Assembly: GCA_030549895.1 (NCBI GenBank)
Contig: JAUQQM010000001.1
Location: 117,624-181,623, forward strand
Source: Patescibacteria group bacterium
GTDB lineage: Bacteria > Patescibacteriota > Minisyncoccia > UBA6257 > HR35
DNA length: 64,000 nt
Direction: 5' to 3'
Part shown: positions 62,482 through 64,000 of the stretch, piece by piece
How the letters are laid out: each line of letters starts with the position of its first letter
Position numbering within the stretch: position 1 is the first letter of the stretch
Translations under genes and position numbers: made by a program
The notes under the pieces: model-generated
Told to the model about the DNA's origin: nothing
The model's database searches: none
Seen by the model: only the letters and a program-made list of their open reading frames with translations

Positions 62482-63387
62482 TTATATCGTTGAAAAAACC
62501 CTATAAACTGGATCTGGTTTTTGAAAAACAATGTCTATTTTAGTTATACTTGAAAGTGAGGGAGCAAATTTAAACTGATCTATGATTTTCTCTATCAAAT
62601 TTTCCTTTCCTTGTAAAATTACTTCAACAGTACCATCAGGGAGGTTTTTAGCATAGCCAACTATTTTGAATGAGTCAGCCAAATTTTTTATAAAATTTCT
62701 CATACCAACACCTTGAACCCTTCCATAAAGCCTTATTTTTGCTTCTAGGAAATTTTTTTGAAAGTCTTCAAGAGTAAGCGATTTTTCAACTGTAAATGGA
62801 CCAACTCTTTTTCTTAAAAGTTTAGCAAGATAAGCACCAGTTCCTATAGCCTTTCCAAAATCATGAGCAAAAGATCTTACATAAAAACCAGCACTGCTTA
62901 CAATATTGAAAACTACATATGGCCAATTGTAAGAGACAAGCTCTATTTTTTTAACCAAAACTTTCCTTGATTTTAAAATTATTTCTTTTCCTTCTCTAGC
63001 GTACTTGTAAGCTGGTTTTCCTTTTATTTTTACAGCGCTATAGATAGGTGGAACTTGTTCAATTACACCCCTAAATTTTTGCATAGTTTCAATAATTTCG
63101 TCTTCTTTTGGGATTTTTTCAAAATTTACTTTCACAATTGGCCCCTCAGAGTCAAATGTTTCACTTACCTTTCCTAACTCTAAAGTTGCTAAGTATTCTT
63201 TTTCCATTTCTTTTATTTCATTTTGGTCTTTAGTGTATTCATCAAATAAAATTATAAGAACTCCTTCTGCTAAAGGATCTAAAGTACCACCATGACCTAC
63301 TTTTTTATTGTAGGATTTCCTAAAAAAATCTACAATTTCAGCCGATGTTTTTTTAATTGGCTTGTAAAAATTTAGAATTCCTCTCAT
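62482..63387 (-). CDS. truB: tRNA pseudouridine-55 synthase TruB fused to a C-terminal acylphosphatase-like domain
   Basis: The TruB catalytic core is present ([17 protein letters not shown]). The C-terminal ~88 aa carry [12 protein letters not shown]..., the acylphosphatase signature, instead of a PUA domain. Confidence 0.75.
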   Translation of the reverse strand: MRGILNFYKPIKKTSAEIVDFFRKSYNKKVGHGGTLDPLAEGVLIILFDEYTKDQNEIKEMEKEYLATLELGKVSETFDSEGPIVKVNFEKIPKEDEIIETMQKFRGVIEQVPPIYSAVKIKGKPAYKYAREGKEIILKSRKVLVKKIELVSYNWPYVVFNIVSSAGFYVRSFAHDFGKAIGTGAYLAKLLRKRVGPFTVEKSLTLEDFQKNFLEAKIRLYGRVQGVGMRNFIKNLADSFKIVGYAKNLPDGTVEVILQGKENLIEKIIDQFKFAPSLSSITKIDIVFQKPDPVYRVFSTI

Positions 63388-63390
63388 TTG

Positions 63391-63399
63391 TGTTATAAT
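63391..63399 (+). promoter_or_regulatory. Extended -10 box TGTTATAAT, 8 nt upstream of the secD ATG
   Basis: This is an exact TGnTATAAT with no Shine-Dalgarno sequence. Confidence 0.55.
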
Positions 63400-63407
63400 T
63401 TAAATTT

Positions 63408-64000
63408 ATGAAAAGCTGGGAAAGAAGGTTTATTGAAATTTTTTTTATAGTATTTCTTTTTATTATCATTTTTGTTTTTTCTCAATTTATAAGTAAATTT
63501 ATTTATCTTCCAGATTTCCTTAATTTAAATTATAAACTAGGTTTAGATATTGCTGGAGGAAGTATTTTAACATATGAATCTAATTTAAGTCAAGTTGAGG
63601 ACAAAAAAGAAACAATGGAGATGTTAAAAGATGTTCTTGAAAGAAGAATTAATTTCTTTGGAATTAACGAACCAAAGGTCACCTATTCAATTATAGATCA
63701 GATAGGGAGAGTTTATGTTGAACTTCCAGGTATTAAAGATCCAAAAGAAGCCATTAACTATCTAGGTCAGACTCCTTATTTAGAATTTTATGCCCCAAAA
63801 GAAATTGGTACTTCAACAGAATGGGAACCAACAGGTCTTACAGGTAAGTATCTTAAAAAATCAAATGTTGATTACAATCCAACAACTTTGGAGCCAGTAG
63901 TTTCTCTTGAATTTAACGAGGAAGGAGCTAAAATTTTTGCTCAGCTTACTGAAAAATACTTAAACCAGCCACTAGCTATTGTTCTTGATGGTAACATTAT
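63408..64000 (+). CDS. secD: Protein translocase subunit SecD, N-terminal part (3' end lies outside the window)
   Basis: My translation is MKSWERRFIEIFFIVFLF...LGLDIAGGSILTYE...VELPGIKDPKEAINYLGQTPYLEF...PLAIVLDGN. It shows the typical SecD periplasmic P1 head motifs, and the frame is open to the window end. Confidence 0.8.
   Translation, partial: MKSWERRFIEIFFIVFLFIIIFVFSQFISKFIYLPDFLNLNYKLGLDIAGGSILTYESNLSQVEDKKETMEMLKDVLERRINFFGINEPKVTYSIIDQIGRVYVELPGIKDPKEAINYLGQTPYLEFYAPKEIGTSTEWEPTGLTGKYLKKSNVDYNPTTLEPVVSLEFNEEGAKIFAQLTEKYLNQPLAIVLDGNI

Noticed and set aside
61452-62531. Possible alternative genetic code (UGA recoding, as in some CPR lineages) or a programmed +1 frameshift in prfB.
   Set aside because: RF2 (SPF and GGQ motifs) is present and intact as a single frame with no CTT-TGA-C site. 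TGA clearly terminates conserved genes such as nusG (2404-2406) and rplK (2826-2828). The standard code applies and no frameshift is needed.
1-64000. CRISPR arrays, rRNA genes, transposases, integrases and prophage structural genes.
   Set aside because: I saw no regularly spaced direct repeats and no rRNA-like GC-rich conserved stretches. I also saw no DDE, tyrosine or serine recombinase motifs in any frame I read. Mobility evidence is limited to the two inteins and the compositional island.

Overview
The window looks like a compact, AT-rich bacterial genome of the reduced CPR/Patescibacteria (Parcubacteria-like) kind. That placement is inferred from gene content and style, not from a marker-gene search. 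Genes are short and tightly packed, and many starts overlap the previous stop as ATGA. UGA is used as a stop codon and RF2 is present, so the code is standard. About two thirds of the window is housekeeping. It holds clpB (partial), secE-nusG-rplK, tmk, gatB, rpsT, dnaJ, rpsL-rpsG-tRNA(CAU)-fusA, rnj, rny, a beta-CASP nuclease, rpiB, frr, rseP, proS, mreBCD-mrdA, polX, rnhB, htpX, prfB, truB and secD (partial). There are 7 tRNAs, and a class II ribonucleotide reductase is split by two LAGLIDADG inteins. The accessory content is more interesting. (1) A tightly coupled ~10 kb operon (31.5-41.4 kb) encodes small single-pass membrane proteins, two giant proteins of 1440 and 1237 aa with no motif I recognise, and a protein with a T9SS-like C-terminal sorting tail. 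A 36-bp perfect palindrome overlaps its promoter, and the only strong intrinsic terminator in the window closes it. (2) A CpG-richer, compositionally foreign stretch (~39.6-43.8 kb) is followed by 540 bp of decayed sequence. (3) A translationally coupled trio encodes a sigma-region-4/HARE-HTH protein, a membrane protein and a VirD4/TraD-like ATPase with a CxxC-x17-CxxC tail. (4) Three prepilin-like genes are grafted onto the end of fusA. Across the window, first genes and tRNAs sit 6-10 nt downstream of TGnTATAAT boxes with no Shine-Dalgarno sequence, which implies leaderless transcripts. Three divergent pairs share overlapping back-to-back -10 boxes. I found no rRNA, CRISPR array, transposase or integrase. 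All functional calls rest on motifs read by eye, and no database search was possible.
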